Positions 29,224-39,744 are shown, numbered from the stretch's first letter. The stretch: 64,000 nucleotides of DNA from Candidatus Micrarchaeia archaeon (GCA_049964835.1 JBMFWW010000002.1:16701-80700), one strand, 5' to 3'. A program made the numbers and translations. Notes: generated from the sequence alone by a model not told the origin.

Positions 29224-30285
29224 TTAAAATATTAATCTTTTAACATCTCCTACTAAACATTGGTATGCTTCACAAGCAGTCCAGCATGATGGTTCTTTGC
29301 CTTCTCTTATTAAGTTTCTAACCTCTTCCGCATCAACGCCATGCCACATCTTTTCTATAGAGTAATCATAATCTCTTATGTTGCCTATTTTTCTACCCCA
29401 CATTATTGAAGGATAAACATTTCCATAACTATCCATAAATAAAGATGCATCTAAACTCCTGCTTTTCATAGGTATTTTATTTGTTAATACATATCTATTC
29501 AAATTCCTAAGAAATGCATTTTCAATTATTGGTATTGCTCCAAATTCAAATCTTCTTTTCTTTATTATAAAATCTATTTCCTTAGATAGCTCTTGTCTTT
29601 CCGCACTAATATCAAGGTCACTATTTTTATAATAACTATCTGATATTTGTCCAACATTCAAGTGAAAATCATTAAACGTTACCCATGGCAATTCTTTAAT
29701 CACTTCAGTTATTGTTTTTTCTAGCATTCCTTGATTAAATTTGCTCATCGTATATCCGAAAATAAAAAATAAGTTTTTATACTTTTTCTTAAGTTCATGC
29801 AGTCTTTTTGCCATATCCATTACTTTATCAAAATTTCCATTTACTCCTCTTATTTTATCATGCAATTCTCTATGTCCATCAAGACTTAACGTTATAGATA
29901 TTTTAGGTATGCCTAGCTCGAGTATTTCCTTTAATTTATTTTCCAACATATCATGATTACATAAGGAGTTAGTTGGCATGGTCAAAACTGTCAAATCTTT
30001 ACAGTTTTCTCTAAACGTTTTTACTATTTCTACTATCTCTTTTCTTAAAAATGGCTCTCCACCAGTTAATTCTATCCATTTAAAGAAATTATTTTTTTTT
30101 GCGAAGTTCTGTATTTCCTCAAATGTTAATTCATTAACAGGTTTTATTTGCCATATATTACATGTTAAACATCTAGACTGGCACCAGTATGATATTGAAA
30201 ATGTTAATTTATATGGTCTTTCAAGAGTTGTAAAATTACTTTTTAAAGCAGTTAAACCTAATTTTGCAAGTTTAGTAGTATTCAT
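29224..30285 (-). CDS. radical SAM protein with a Cys-rich C-terminal (SPASM/twitch-like) region
   Basis: The CxxxCxxC motif is CQSRCLTCNIW, followed by ELTGGEPFL. The C-terminal CWTACEAYQC suggests an auxiliary cluster. Confidence 0.75.
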   Translation of the reverse strand: MNTTKLAKLGLTALKSNFTTLERPYKLTFSISYWCQSRCLTCNIWQIKPVNELTFEEIQNFAKKNNFFKWIELTGGEPFLRKEIVEIVKTFRENCKDLTVLTMPTNSLCNHDMLENKLKEILELGIPKISITLSLDGHRELHDKIRGVNGNFDKVMDMAKRLHELKKKYKNLFFIFGYTMSKFNQGMLEKTITEVIKELPWVTFNDFHLNVGQISDSYYKNSDLDISAERQELSKEIDFIIKKRRFEFGAIPIIENAFLRNLNRYVLTNKIPMKSRSLDASLFMDSYGNVYPSIMWGRKIGNIRDYDYSIEKMWHGVDAEEVRNLIREGKEPSCWTACEAYQCLVGDVKRLIF

Positions 30286-30363
30286 AAAAATCTTCTAACT
30301 ATACTTATCTATTGATGTATTTGATTTATATATTTTTGCAGCTTTAAATTAATTGGTAAATTA

Positions 30364-30960
30364 ATGACATTAATTTTATTAATGAGGCATGGCGAGAGTG
30401 AAGCTAATAAAAAACATATTCTTTCAGATGAACTAAATAAATATAATTTAACTAACAAAGGTATAATTCAAGCAAAAAAAGCTGGAAGTGAATTAAAGAA
30501 GATAAAAATACAAAAAATCTTTTGTAGCCCAGTATTACGAACTATTCAAACTGCAGATTTAGTCAACAAAAAGTTAAAATTAGAAAAAACCATAGATAAA
30601 AAGCTAATTGAGAGAAGATTTAAGAGTATGTCTGGAATTTATGTTAAGGATGCATCTTGGAAATTGCTTTTTGAGAATAAGATAGAATCATACAAAAATG
30701 TTAAAAATAGAATATCAAATTTTATGTTTTCGAAAAGTAATTATGACTGCATACTTGGTGTAACACATCACGATGTAATAACTGCTGCAATGTCGTATGC
30801 ATCTAATCTAGACTCACTTTGTAGTTATGCATTTAGGCCTACATATGCAAGCATAAGTGGTTTTTTAGTAGATAAAAAGACAATCAAACCAATTTTTTTT
30901 GGTGTGCCCTTTTTATCAAAAAACATACTAAATAAAATACCAGAACAATATTTGGTGTAG
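30364..30960 (+). CDS. histidine phosphatase family protein (phosphoglycerate mutase-like)
   Basis: The catalytic motif is LLMRHGESEAN, and a second histidine region, GVTHHDVI, is present. Confidence 0.75.
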   Translation: MTLILLMRHGESEANKKHILSDELNKYNLTNKGIIQAKKAGSELKKIKIQKIFCSPVLRTIQTADLVNKKLKLEKTIDKKLIERRFKSMSGIYVKDASWKLLFENKIESYKNVKNRISNFMFSKSNYDCILGVTHHDVITAAMSYASNLDSLCSYAFRPTYASISGFLVDKKTIKPIFFGVPFLSKNILNKIPEQYLV

Positions 30961-30962
30961 TA

Positions 30963-31655
30963 ATGACAAAGCAATTAATATCAATAATAATACCAACATT
31001 GAACGAAGAAAAAAATATTTCAAAATTGCTTCCTAAAATTCCTGTAATATTAAATGATTTAAAGAATACAGATTACGAAATAATAATTGTAGACGGTGAA
31101 TCTTCCGACAAGACAGTTGAAATTGCAAAGTCATTTGGCGGAAAAATAGTCTATGACCATAAGGGAAAAGGTTCTGCTTTAAGAAAGGGATTTGAAAAGG
31201 CAAATGGTGACATATTAATATCGATGGATGCAGATCTTTCTAATGATCCTAAGGAATTAAAGTTAATTATAGATAGCATTAACATAGGTTACGATATAAG
31301 TATGGGTTCTAGGTTTATTACTGGCGGCGGTACAGATGATATGCCAATATTAAGGAAAATAGGAAATCGTTTTTTTGTTTTCTTGGTAAATATATTTTTT
31401 AAGTCTAATTACTCTGATTTATGCTATGGCTATCGTGGTTTTAGAAAAAATGTGATAAAAAAACTAAATTTAAAAGAAGACAGATTTGCAATAGAAACCG
31501 AAATAAGTATTAAAGCAGCAAAAAAACACTTAAAGGTAATAGAAATCCCAAGTGTAGAAAAAAAGAGGAGTTCTGGTTCTGGAAAATTAAGAACATTCTA
31601 TGACGGATACAATATACTAAAGACTATATTAAAGAATATTTTTATTAGCCGATAA
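30963..31655 (+). CDS. family 2 glycosyltransferase (dolichyl-phosphate hexose synthase-like)
   Basis: ISIIIPTLNEE, IIIVDGESSDKT and the DxD-type motif MDADLSNDP are present. Confidence 0.85.
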   Translation: MTKQLISIIIPTLNEEKNISKLLPKIPVILNDLKNTDYEIIIVDGESSDKTVEIAKSFGGKIVYDHKGKGSALRKGFEKANGDILISMDADLSNDPKELKLIIDSINIGYDISMGSRFITGGGTDDMPILRKIGNRFFVFLVNIFFKSNYSDLCYGYRGFRKNVIKKLNLKEDRFAIETEISIKAAKKHLKVIEIPSVEKKRSSGSGKLRTFYDGYNILKTILKNIFISR

Positions 31656-31698
31656 GAAAAGTATTTAAATATTATTATTTAATTATAAATCGTATAAG

Positions 31699-34600
31699 AT
31701 GGGCAAAATTATAAAGTTAAATCATAAATCAAATAAAAAAAAAGTAAAAGAGCAATCAGCAATAGAGTATGTAATGAGTTATTCTTGGGCAGTAATAATA
31801 TTGCTTGCTGTTGTAATAATCTACTTTTTTGCCAATAGTAACCAAACTACATATACTCCAACTTCTTGTTATATATCCCCGCAATTACCCTGTTACCAAT
31901 TAATAATAGGTTCTAACTCTATAGAAACTACAGCAAAACTCGTATTTACAAATGATCTTAATAAGCCAATATACTTTTATTCACAACCATTTTCAATAAA
32001 ATTCACTCCATCTTCCAACTATTACTCTGGTACCTGTGTACCAACTACAGCTAATGAGGGTTCAAATGTAACTTGCACTGTAGTAGCAAGTGGTTATTCA
32101 ATCTTACAAGGTAGTGAAGCAGAACCGACATTTTATTTATCATATGCAGAGTGTGTATCTCAAAACTGTAATATTAATCAAAGACAGTTAATAACTCTGA
32201 CAACATCTGGTAGCGGCACATCATATATATACAATCTTTCAGGCAATTTTATAGTTCCACAACCAGTTTTTACTAATTATTTTTATCTTGTTACAAATTC
32301 ATTCCCATCTATTGGTGGGAGTACCTCTCCAGGATATGGTGTTTACGCGCAGGGAACAAATGTAATTATCTCCGAATCTCCATCTTCTGGGTATACTTTC
32401 AGTGATTGGACCTGTTCTGGAACTGGCTGTTATTCCGGCACAAGTCCCTCTGAAAAAATAACTATAAATTCAAATACTATAGAAACGGCTAGTTTCCAGC
32501 AAATACCTATTTATACACTAACTACAAATGCAGTACCATCGGGATCTGGAAGTGTTTCTCCAACATCTGGTTCTTATGAACAAGGATCACAAGTTACTAT
32601 TTTGGCATCTGCAAATCCCGGTTACACATTTAATGGTTGGACCTGTTCTGGAACTGGCTGTTATTCTGGCACTTCACCATCAAATACAATAACAATAACT
32701 TCAAATACAGTTGAAACTGCAAATTATAAATTTAATACTGGTTACTTTGGCTATGTCCCACCATTTAACGGCGAATCAAATCAAACTTATTTGTATTCAT
32801 CACCTTATGCTTACTACTCCCATGCTCCACAACAGATAACTTTGTGGAGTGATCTATTCCATAATCTTGTGCTAAACAACTTAAATACGCCATCATCAAC
32901 ATCAACTATACTTAATTTGATTGGAACTGTAAACAATGGTTATTTATATGAATTAGCATTGGGAGAACCTGCTGACACATACTATCCAGAAATCACTATA
33001 ATAAACACCTCTAAAAATTCAGTACAAAAAACAATATTTATTCAAAATGCCACAGTTGCAAATGAAATAACAACATCACAAGATACTTTATTTGCAAATG
33101 TTAATTCTACTGGTTCTTTATACATATTATCTTCAAAATCAGCCGGATCTCTTTCGCAAGTATCACTTATTGTAGCAAATACTTCCTTACTTAATGATGC
33201 GATGCAATCAAGTAATCTATTCTATAACATTACAAAAATCACATCAATTAATTTGTCTAATACCACATATGATGGAAATATAGTATTTCCAGAAGAATTT
33301 ACAAATTATCCTATCTCTAGCTTCTTAATGCTTGGCAATTACGCATATATAGCTAATCAATCTACCCTGTATATACTTAATACCTCAAAATCAAATGTTG
33401 TTGCTAATTCTATGATAATATATCCTAAAAATAAGGTTGAAACTGGAGCATTAGATTCAGGAATTATAAATATGCAAACTAGTGGAAATTATGTTTATTT
33501 TGATATCAGCAATACAACAGTTTCAAGTAGCACTAATTATAATACAGTAATTAGCGTACTTAATACAACATCTTTAAAAGTAACAAACATCACCATAGTT
33601 AATTCACCAAATAATTATACTGTCGGCGCAGTTATAAGTAATCATTTCAAAAAATTATACATTCTATTATCAAATCAAACTTTATACACTATTGACTTGA
33701 GCAGCAATGGACTAGGAACAGTTTCTAGAATACAAGATTTTGCAACAACAACTCCATTTCCTAGTACAACTTCTACATTAGAAAGCTCTCTCGGATCAGA
33801 ATACAATATGTTATTAAGTGCCAATGGTACAGAGTTGTATGTAGGTACTACGTATTCTAATGGGTATAATGGTTATGCAATATATAATCTTGTAACTGGA
33901 ACTGAAGTAGGATTTATGGGTACGCTCAATGCAGTAAGGGTTGTAGCCCCACAAAATAATTATAATATATATACAACTGCTAGTCAAAATCAAGCTATTG
34001 AAGATTATGCTACTTTAGGTGGTATAGTTGGAGTTTATAGCAGTGCATATAATATAAATAAAGAAAACATAACAATTCCTTCAAATTTTATAGCCACTGC
34101 TTTGTTATTTGATGGAAATATTTTAAGAATAGGCGGTTATAACTATAGTGACAATTCATTAACTCAAGATGAAGGTTTATTAACAACGGCAAATGTAATG
34201 ACAGATACAATGAATTCAAATGTTATATCTCCAGAAGCTGAAATTAGTTATTTTGCAAATACCGGTTATCCAATGACTCCTACTCAAACTATAATGCACA
34301 TGCCTTCTATAATGGATTTCTCAGAGCCCACGGGTCAGTTCTTTTCTATACCTGCTTTGCTTGGTGGAACATCTAATTTATTCCTTATACAACAAGCATC
34401 TCAAGTATTTCCAACTAATGAAGTTTTAGATGGACTTGCTGCTGTTTCAAGTAATACTCAAGCATCTGATTGTGTTTCTTCTTCAGAATGTATTAGTAGC
34501 GGTAGTTATCTTACTGCATATAGTAATATTGATGCATACAGTTCATACGCTACTCCTTCTGGCGTTGCGTGTGTTGCAGAAGCAAATTATGGTATTGCAT

Positions 34601-35529
34601 CAACGGCAACAGTTAACTTATACGGAATGATAGAAAATGCAAATAATCTGTTAGTTATGTCTTATCAAGAAAATAAACCAAGTACTCAAGATTTTTCAAG
34701 TATATATACTGCCCCTACTCCTGGCGGAATGGGTGCTAATGCAGCTTCAGCATACTTTAATTATTGGTTAAATGATACAATCGCATCTCAATACGCTATT
34801 GCTGACTCTCAAACCATTACGCAAATTGCTGCAGGAACTGGAGATGCAGGTGGTTTTGGCTGTTCAAATCCTCCAAATCCAAATGAATTTATAACAGATA
34901 CCTATTGGACAATGACTCAGAGTGCATTGGAAAGTCAAGCGTTATCAAATTCAATAGTTATGTTACCACCAGCAATATTAGCAAATAATACAAATAATGT
35001 TTATATGTTCAACATAGCAGCATCGAATGGTGGGCTGGCCGTTTATAATATAGCTACGAGCACATACTCTGAGATACCATTACCAAAGTTTTCATCAACA
35101 GCTTATGTTTATCCTAATGATCAAATTCCATCTTTGGCAGAAACAACAAATGGTACCTTTGTATTTGCCGGTTACCAACCATTTTCTGGATATTGTGCTA
35201 TTGCAGTAATAAATACACAATTAGAAAAGGTTGTAAAGGTAAATTATGGACTTCCAGTAGGTTCTTGTGAAGGGGATACTATAGTAACTCCTGATGGAAA
35301 ATACTTATATAGTGGTATCGCAGAAGGTCTTAATAGCGAATATGTATTTAGTGTTCATGATCTTATAACTTACAACTCTTCAGAAATAAATTATACCGGT
35401 TCTCTTTATAACTATTCAATAGCTAATATTGGAACTATGACTATGCCTATTACTTATGGAATATATGCTCCTCAAATGAACTACTATCAAGGCATTGCAA
35501 TATCAACAGATACGCAGCCTATACCGTGA
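31699..35529 (+). CDS. giant (1276 aa) surface protein with an archaeal class III (type IV pilin-like) signal peptide
   Basis: The N-terminus is basic leader KKKVKEQSAIEYVMSYSWAVIILLAVVIIYFF (QSAIEY motif plus hydrophobic helix). Then come two tandem units of about 70 aa containing GYTF(S/N)(D/G)WTCSGTGCYSGTSPS, resembling InlB B-repeat/Listeria-Bacteroides repeats. The remainder is a long N-x-S/T-rich region with beta-propeller-like strings (SANGTELYVGT, TPDGKYLYSG, KKLYILLSNQTLYTIDL). Confidence 0.6.
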   Translation: MGKIIKLNHKSNKKKVKEQSAIEYVMSYSWAVIILLAVVIIYFFANSNQTTYTPTSCYISPQLPCYQLIIGSNSIETTAKLVFTNDLNKPIYFYSQPFSIKFTPSSNYYSGTCVPTTANEGSNVTCTVVASGYSILQGSEAEPTFYLSYAECVSQNCNINQRQLITLTTSGSGTSYIYNLSGNFIVPQPVFTNYFYLVTNSFPSIGGSTSPGYGVYAQGTNVIISESPSSGYTFSDWTCSGTGCYSGTSPSEKITINSNTIETASFQQIPIYTLTTNAVPSGSGSVSPTSGSYEQGSQVTILASANPGYTFNGWTCSGTGCYSGTSPSNTITITSNTVETANYKFNTGYFGYVPPFNGESNQTYLYSSPYAYYSHAPQQITLWSDLFHNLVLNNLNTPSSTSTILNLIGTVNNGYLYELALGEPADTYYPEITIINTSKNSVQKTIFIQNATVANEITTSQDTLFANVNSTGSLYILSSKSAGSLSQVSLIVANTSLLNDAMQSSNLFYNITKITSINLSNTTYDGNIVFPEEFTNYPISSFLMLGNYAYIANQSTLYILNTSKSNVVANSMIIYPKNKVETGALDSGIINMQTSGNYVYFDISNTTVSSSTNYNTVISVLNTTSLKVTNITIVNSPNNYTVGAVISNHFKKLYILLSNQTLYTIDLSSNGLGTVSRIQDFATTTPFPSTTSTLESSLGSEYNMLLSANGTELYVGTTYSNGYNGYAIYNLVTGTEVGFMGTLNAVRVVAPQNNYNIYTTASQNQAIEDYATLGGIVGVYSSAYNINKENITIPSNFIATALLFDGNILRIGGYNYSDNSLTQDEGLLTTANVMTDTMNSNVISPEAEISYFANTGYPMTPTQTIMHMPSIMDFSEPTGQFFSIPALLGGTSNLFLIQQASQVFPTNEVLDGLAAVSSNTQASDCVSSSECISSGSYLTAYSNIDAYSSYATPSGVACVAEANYGIASTATVNLYGMIENANNLLVMSYQENKPSTQDFSSIYTAPTPGGMGANAASAYFNYWLNDTIASQYAIADSQTITQIAAGTGDAGGFGCSNPPNPNEFITDTYWTMTQSALESQALSNSIVMLPPAILANNTNNVYMFNIAASNGGLAVYNIATSTYSEIPLPKFSSTAYVYPNDQIPSLAETTNGTFVFAGYQPFSGYCAIAVINTQLEKVVKVNYGLPVGSCEGDTIVTPDGKYLYSGIAEGLNSEYVFSVHDLITYNSSEINYTGSLYNYSIANIGTMTMPITYGIYAPQMNYYQGIAISTDTQPIP
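32284..32727 (+). repeat. internal tandem duplication (2 units of about 70 codons) within the giant surface protein gene
   Basis: The units span roughly aa 196-266 and aa 272-343. They share a 30-nt identical core, TTGGACCTGTTCTGGAACTGGCTGTTATTC, at 32406-32435 and 32637-32666. Confidence 0.8.
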
Positions 35530-36233
35530 TTTTTATGGACGATACAAATTATAATAATAACAATAGCAACATCAATAATGGAGTTATGTCAAATACAATA
35601 AAACCTGAACGCAGATTTAAATATACAAATTTGGCTTTAATGTTAATAGTTATCTTAGCACTTATAGCATATATAATAATAACAAATATACTAAACAATC
35701 AAAGTATTCCGACAAATATGCAATTAAGTAGTTCTTATACAGCAAATGCAAATCAAATAAGTTACATAACAAAATCTCAACTATTAAGTATTTTTGGAAA
35801 TGAAACATATAACGCAATGGTTCTTAATAAAAATACTGCATTTCACTATATTTATATACTACAAACACAGTTTCATATCGATATACCTTTTAATGGGTTT
35901 GTAAATGGCACATCAACAAACTATTTCGGTAAGATTACCTTTAATGAATTACAGTTCATATTTAATAAAACACAGAATACTACTTATTCTAATATACTTT
36001 CACAAATAAAATCAACATATACAACTTCAATAATAAACACTTCAATTTATAATAGAATAACTTATACGACAATATATCCAAAAACTATACTTTCAACAAA
36101 TGAGTTTATAATTTTGGAATACTATAAAAATACAATATTATTCTCTTATACTATCTCTAATTATTCAACAACTCAGTTTAATGCATTACTGCCAAAACTT
36201 CTTTCATATTCTAGCAAACAGATATTTGATTAA
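35526..36233 (+). CDS. hypothetical single-pass membrane protein (Asn-rich N-terminus, extracellular N-x-S/T-rich domain)
   Basis: The GTG start overlaps the stop of the giant gene, and an alternative ATG lies at 35535. The TM helix is LALMLIVILALIAYIIITNIL. I recognise no family. Confidence 0.5.
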   Translation: MIFMDDTNYNNNNSNINNGVMSNTIKPERRFKYTNLALMLIVILALIAYIIITNILNNQSIPTNMQLSSSYTANANQISYITKSQLLSIFGNETYNAMVLNKNTAFHYIYILQTQFHIDIPFNGFVNGTSTNYFGKITFNELQFIFNKTQNTTYSNILSQIKSTYTTSIINTSIYNRITYTTIYPKTILSTNEFIILEYYKNTILFSYTISNYSTTQFNALLPKLLSYSSKQIFD

Positions 36234-36271
36234 TTAAATAATTCAAATCAGAGTAGGCTAAGTTAGATAAG

Positions 36272-37036
36272 TCAGGCCTTTAGCATTTTGCTTTCTATTA
36301 TTCTTCTTAATTTTTCACCTAATGTTTCTTCTATGCCATCAAGTTTTATTACTTTTATGTCCTTATTAGAAAGCATGACATCAAACGAGCTTCCCTTTTT
36401 TGTTTTATCTACATATATATTATCATAAACAAGATTTGCATCGTATTTTGTAATTCTGACTCTTATCTTTTTTTCAGATCCTACAACGAGGGAGTTTCTA
36501 TACGGTCCGTCCGGATTGATAAAAGTTATACACATCAAATCTTTTTGTAAAAGCAATGGACCTCCAGCACTTCTGTTATAAGCAGTAGATCCTATCTTGC
36601 CAGAAATAATTACTCCATCACCACTTATAACAAATGGAAAGAGTGTTTTTTCTTTATTATTTTTTACTTCACAAATTGTAAATTGTACTTCTCCTATCTT
36701 TGTAGATAAATAACACTCATTAACCGCATAATACTTTTTATTCTTATGAATTATCTCAAGCTTCTTACCAAGACTATCCACTGTATACTTATTATCTTTA
36801 ATCATCTTTATTACAAGGTCTAGTTTATCTATTCCAATATCAGAGTAATAACCCGTGCTGCTACTTGAATTATCTCTTATAAGTATAATTGGGCAGGAAT
36901 ACTTCTGCACAGCTTTTATGAAGGTTCCATCACCTCCTATTGCAATGCAAATTTTACCATTTTTAACTACATCAAATGCCTTCTTTATTTTATTAAGTTC
37001 TGGATAATTTTTTTTTGCTACAAGTGAAATTTTCAT
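36272..37036 (-). CDS. nadK: NAD kinase
   Basis: It has the GGDG motif (IAIGGDGTF) and GDGVIISGKIGSTAYNRSAGGP. Confidence 0.85.
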   Translation of the reverse strand: MKISLVAKKNYPELNKIKKAFDVVKNGKICIAIGGDGTFIKAVQKYSCPIILIRDNSSSSTGYYSDIGIDKLDLVIKMIKDNKYTVDSLGKKLEIIHKNKKYYAVNECYLSTKIGEVQFTICEVKNNKEKTLFPFVISGDGVIISGKIGSTAYNRSAGGPLLLQKDLMCITFINPDGPYRNSLVVGSEKKIRVRITKYDANLVYDNIYVDKTKKGSSFDVMLSNKDIKVIKLDGIEETLGEKLRRIIESKMLKA

Positions 37037-37045
37037 TATATCAAC

Positions 37046-38407
37046 TTACTTTCCATAGAAAAAGTGTATTGCTCTTCCTAATGAAGCTTCTGCGACCTCT
37101 TGTATTTGTTCAGAGTATGTAGGGTGTGGGTGTATAGTATCCGCAATATCCTCTAATGTCGCGCCCATCTCTATTGCTAATGCAGCTTCAGCTATCATAG
37201 AGTTTGCATCATCAGATACTATTTCAATACCTTTTACAATTAGATTTTTATCAAATGCCATTTTTACAAATCCATCTGTTCTATCTAATGCAATTGCTCT
37301 TCCTAGTGCACTCAATGGAAATTTTTTAATTGTAATTCCATTCTTAATAGAAATATCTCCAGCCACAGCAACTTCCGGATCAGAGAAGACAACCGCAGGT
37401 ATAATTATATTATCAAAACCTGAATTTTTACCGGCAGCTACCTCACCGGCAACAACGCCTTGCCTCATGGATTTATGTGCTAGCATTGGCTCTCCTACAA
37501 CATCCCCTATTGCCAATATTTTTTCATCATCTGTCATCAAAGAATTATTTACTTTTATAAATCCTTTTTCATTTAATACAACTTTAGTATTCTCTAAACC
37601 AAGTCCATCAGTATAAGGTTTTAATCCAACTGCAACAACTACAATATTATGTGATATTTCTTCTCCAGAACTTAATTTTATTGAATTTGGTGTATGTGAT
37701 ATCGGAGTTGCATTTTTGTATATCTTAACATTTAATTTTATCAAACCTTTTTCAATTATGGCTACTGCTTCAGGATCAAAGTGCGAAAGAAGTGTAGACC
37801 TAGCAATTATAGAAACACTTACTCCAAGCTTTGCGTATAGAGTTGCAAGTTCTACTGCAACATAGCCGGCTCCTATTATTGTCATTTTTTCCGGATATTT
37901 GTCTAGCATAAGCGCTTTCTTGTAATCTATTATATACTCATTGTATTCAAAGCCTAAAAGAACTGTCGGTACAGAACCTGTTGCTATTATTGCGGTATCA
38001 AAATCAAGCTCCGTGCCATTTGTAAGTTGAAGCTTCTTCGAGTTCAAGAATGTAGCTGAACCTTTTATAATCTCTATTCCATTTGATTTGCATAAAAACT
38101 CAACCCCTTTTTCAAGCTTTTCTGAAACTCCAATTCTCCACTCAAAAGCTTTGGAGCTGTTTATTTTTGGTTCAGCTTCAATTCCAAACCTTTGCGAATT
38201 TTTAGCTTTGTAGTAAACATCAGCAATGTGCAACATTGTCTTTGAAGGTATACATGCATAGTTAAGGCAATGTCCCCCCATCTTTTCTTTTTCAATTACA
38301 GTTACAGAAAGCCCTAATTCTGCAGCTCTTATAGCGGCAACATATCCCCCAACACCCCCTCCTACTATTGCAAGATTTACGTCTTCAGGTATAGATCCCA
38401 TAACCAT
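37046..38407 (-). CDS. lpdA: dihydrolipoyl dehydrogenase (E3)
   Basis: The FAD motif is VGGGVGGYVAAIRAAELG. The redox-active disulfide is GGHCLNYACIPSK. The C-terminal interface motif is HPHPTYSE. Confidence 0.9.
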   Translation of the reverse strand: MVMGSIPEDVNLAIVGGGVGGYVAAIRAAELGLSVTVIEKEKMGGHCLNYACIPSKTMLHIADVYYKAKNSQRFGIEAEPKINSSKAFEWRIGVSEKLEKGVEFLCKSNGIEIIKGSATFLNSKKLQLTNGTELDFDTAIIATGSVPTVLLGFEYNEYIIDYKKALMLDKYPEKMTIIGAGYVAVELATLYAKLGVSVSIIARSTLLSHFDPEAVAIIEKGLIKLNVKIYKNATPISHTPNSIKLSSGEEISHNIVVVAVGLKPYTDGLGLENTKVVLNEKGFIKVNNSLMTDDEKILAIGDVVGEPMLAHKSMRQGVVAGEVAAGKNSGFDNIIIPAVVFSDPEVAVAGDISIKNGITIKKFPLSALGRAIALDRTDGFVKMAFDKNLIVKGIEIVSDDANSMIAEAALAIEMGATLEDIADTIHPHPTYSEQIQEVAEASLGRAIHFFYGK

Positions 38408-38411
38408 AAAT

Positions 38412-39740
38412 TCAACCTATAAGCTCGAGGAAATCCGGATCCTCAAGATATTTTTTAAGCGCATTGCCAAAATGAACCGCATCAGCGCCGTCTACTACTC
38501 TATGGTCAAAGGTTATAGAAAATGGCATAATCTTTCGTATTACTATTTCATCATTTACAACTACTGGTGTGTCTCTTATAAGATGTATCCCAAGTATTGC
38601 AACTTCTGGGTAATTTATCATAGGAACCGAGAGATATCCCCCACCTAAACTACCAATATTAGTTATTGTAAAGGTTGAGTCTGACATATCGCTTAGTTGA
38701 ACCTCTTGTTTTTTTACCTTTTCAGCAAGCTCTTGTATCTCCTTTGCTATGTTTGCAATACTCTTTTTATCAGCATCTTTTATTACAACTACCTTTAATC
38801 CATCGGGACCTTCTGCGGCAAGTCCAATATTAAAGTATTTTTTTACAATTATCTCTAACTGTTCATGATCATAACTTGAATTAAAACGAGGACTTTCCTT
38901 TAATGCTTCTACTGTTGCCTTTATTATAAATGGAAGGAATGTCAACTTAACTCCAAGCTCATTCATATTTTCTTTTTCTTTTTTTACAAGGTCAAATAAT
39001 GTTGTTGCATCTATCAAATCCATATGTGATGCTCTTGGTATACTCCATGAAAGTTCCATATTTCTTGCTATTGCCTTTCTAGTTTGTGTAAGTGGAATAC
39101 GTTCTATATCATTAGCATGCGATCTTTCTAATGTTTCAGAGAACTTAGGTGAAGAAACCTTCTTGTTAGTTTTAGCAGACGCATTTCTTACATCATTTTC
39201 AATAACTTTTCCATTAGGCCCTGTTCCTACCACTGTATTTATATCAATATTTAACTCTCTTGCAAGCTTTCTTACATAGGGTGTTGCAATCACATCTTTT
39301 TTTACTGTGTTTGTATCTGTACTTTTATTTTTATTAAAATCACTTTTTTGCACTTCTATATCTTTTTGTTCGTTCATATTGAACTGTTCATGTATAGATA
39401 TATTCTTTATTTGTGGTATACCAGAAAAGGTAGGTTGTTGAACACTTTGTTTTTGGATATTATCCTTGACATTGCTTTGTGCTGTATTTACTACATTGTT
39501 AGTGTCTTTATCATCTCCAACGTAAGCTATAATGTCTCCAATCTTTAATGTGTCATTCTCCTGTGCAACTATTTTTAAAGCCCCGGATATAGGCGCAGGT
39601 ATATTGACAACAGCTTTGTCTGTTTCTATTTGCACTATAGTGTCATCTTCTTTTACAGTATCTCCATTCTTGAATAACCATTTCTTGACAACGCCCTCAG
39701 TTATACCTTCCCCGACATCAACAAACTTTAATTCTTTCAA
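38412..39740 (-). CDS. dihydrolipoamide acyltransferase (E2) of a 2-oxoacid dehydrogenase complex
   Basis: The lipoyl attachment site is IETDKAV. The subunit-binding domain is ATPYVRKLARELNIDI. The catalytic motif is DHRVVDGA. Confidence 0.9.
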   Translation of the reverse strand: MKELKFVDVGEGITEGVVKKWLFKNGDTVKEDDTIVQIETDKAVVNIPAPISGALKIVAQENDTLKIGDIIAYVGDDKDTNNVVNTAQSNVKDNIQKQSVQQPTFSGIPQIKNISIHEQFNMNEQKDIEVQKSDFNKNKSTDTNTVKKDVIATPYVRKLARELNIDINTVVGTGPNGKVIENDVRNASAKTNKKVSSPKFSETLERSHANDIERIPLTQTRKAIARNMELSWSIPRASHMDLIDATTLFDLVKKEKENMNELGVKLTFLPFIIKATVEALKESPRFNSSYDHEQLEIIVKKYFNIGLAAEGPDGLKVVVIKDADKKSIANIAKEIQELAEKVKKQEVQLSDMSDSTFTITNIGSLGGGYLSVPMINYPEVAILGIHLIRDTPVVVNDEIVIRKIMPFSITFDHRVVDGADAVHFGNALKKYLEDPDFLELIG

Positions 39741-39744
39741 ATAA

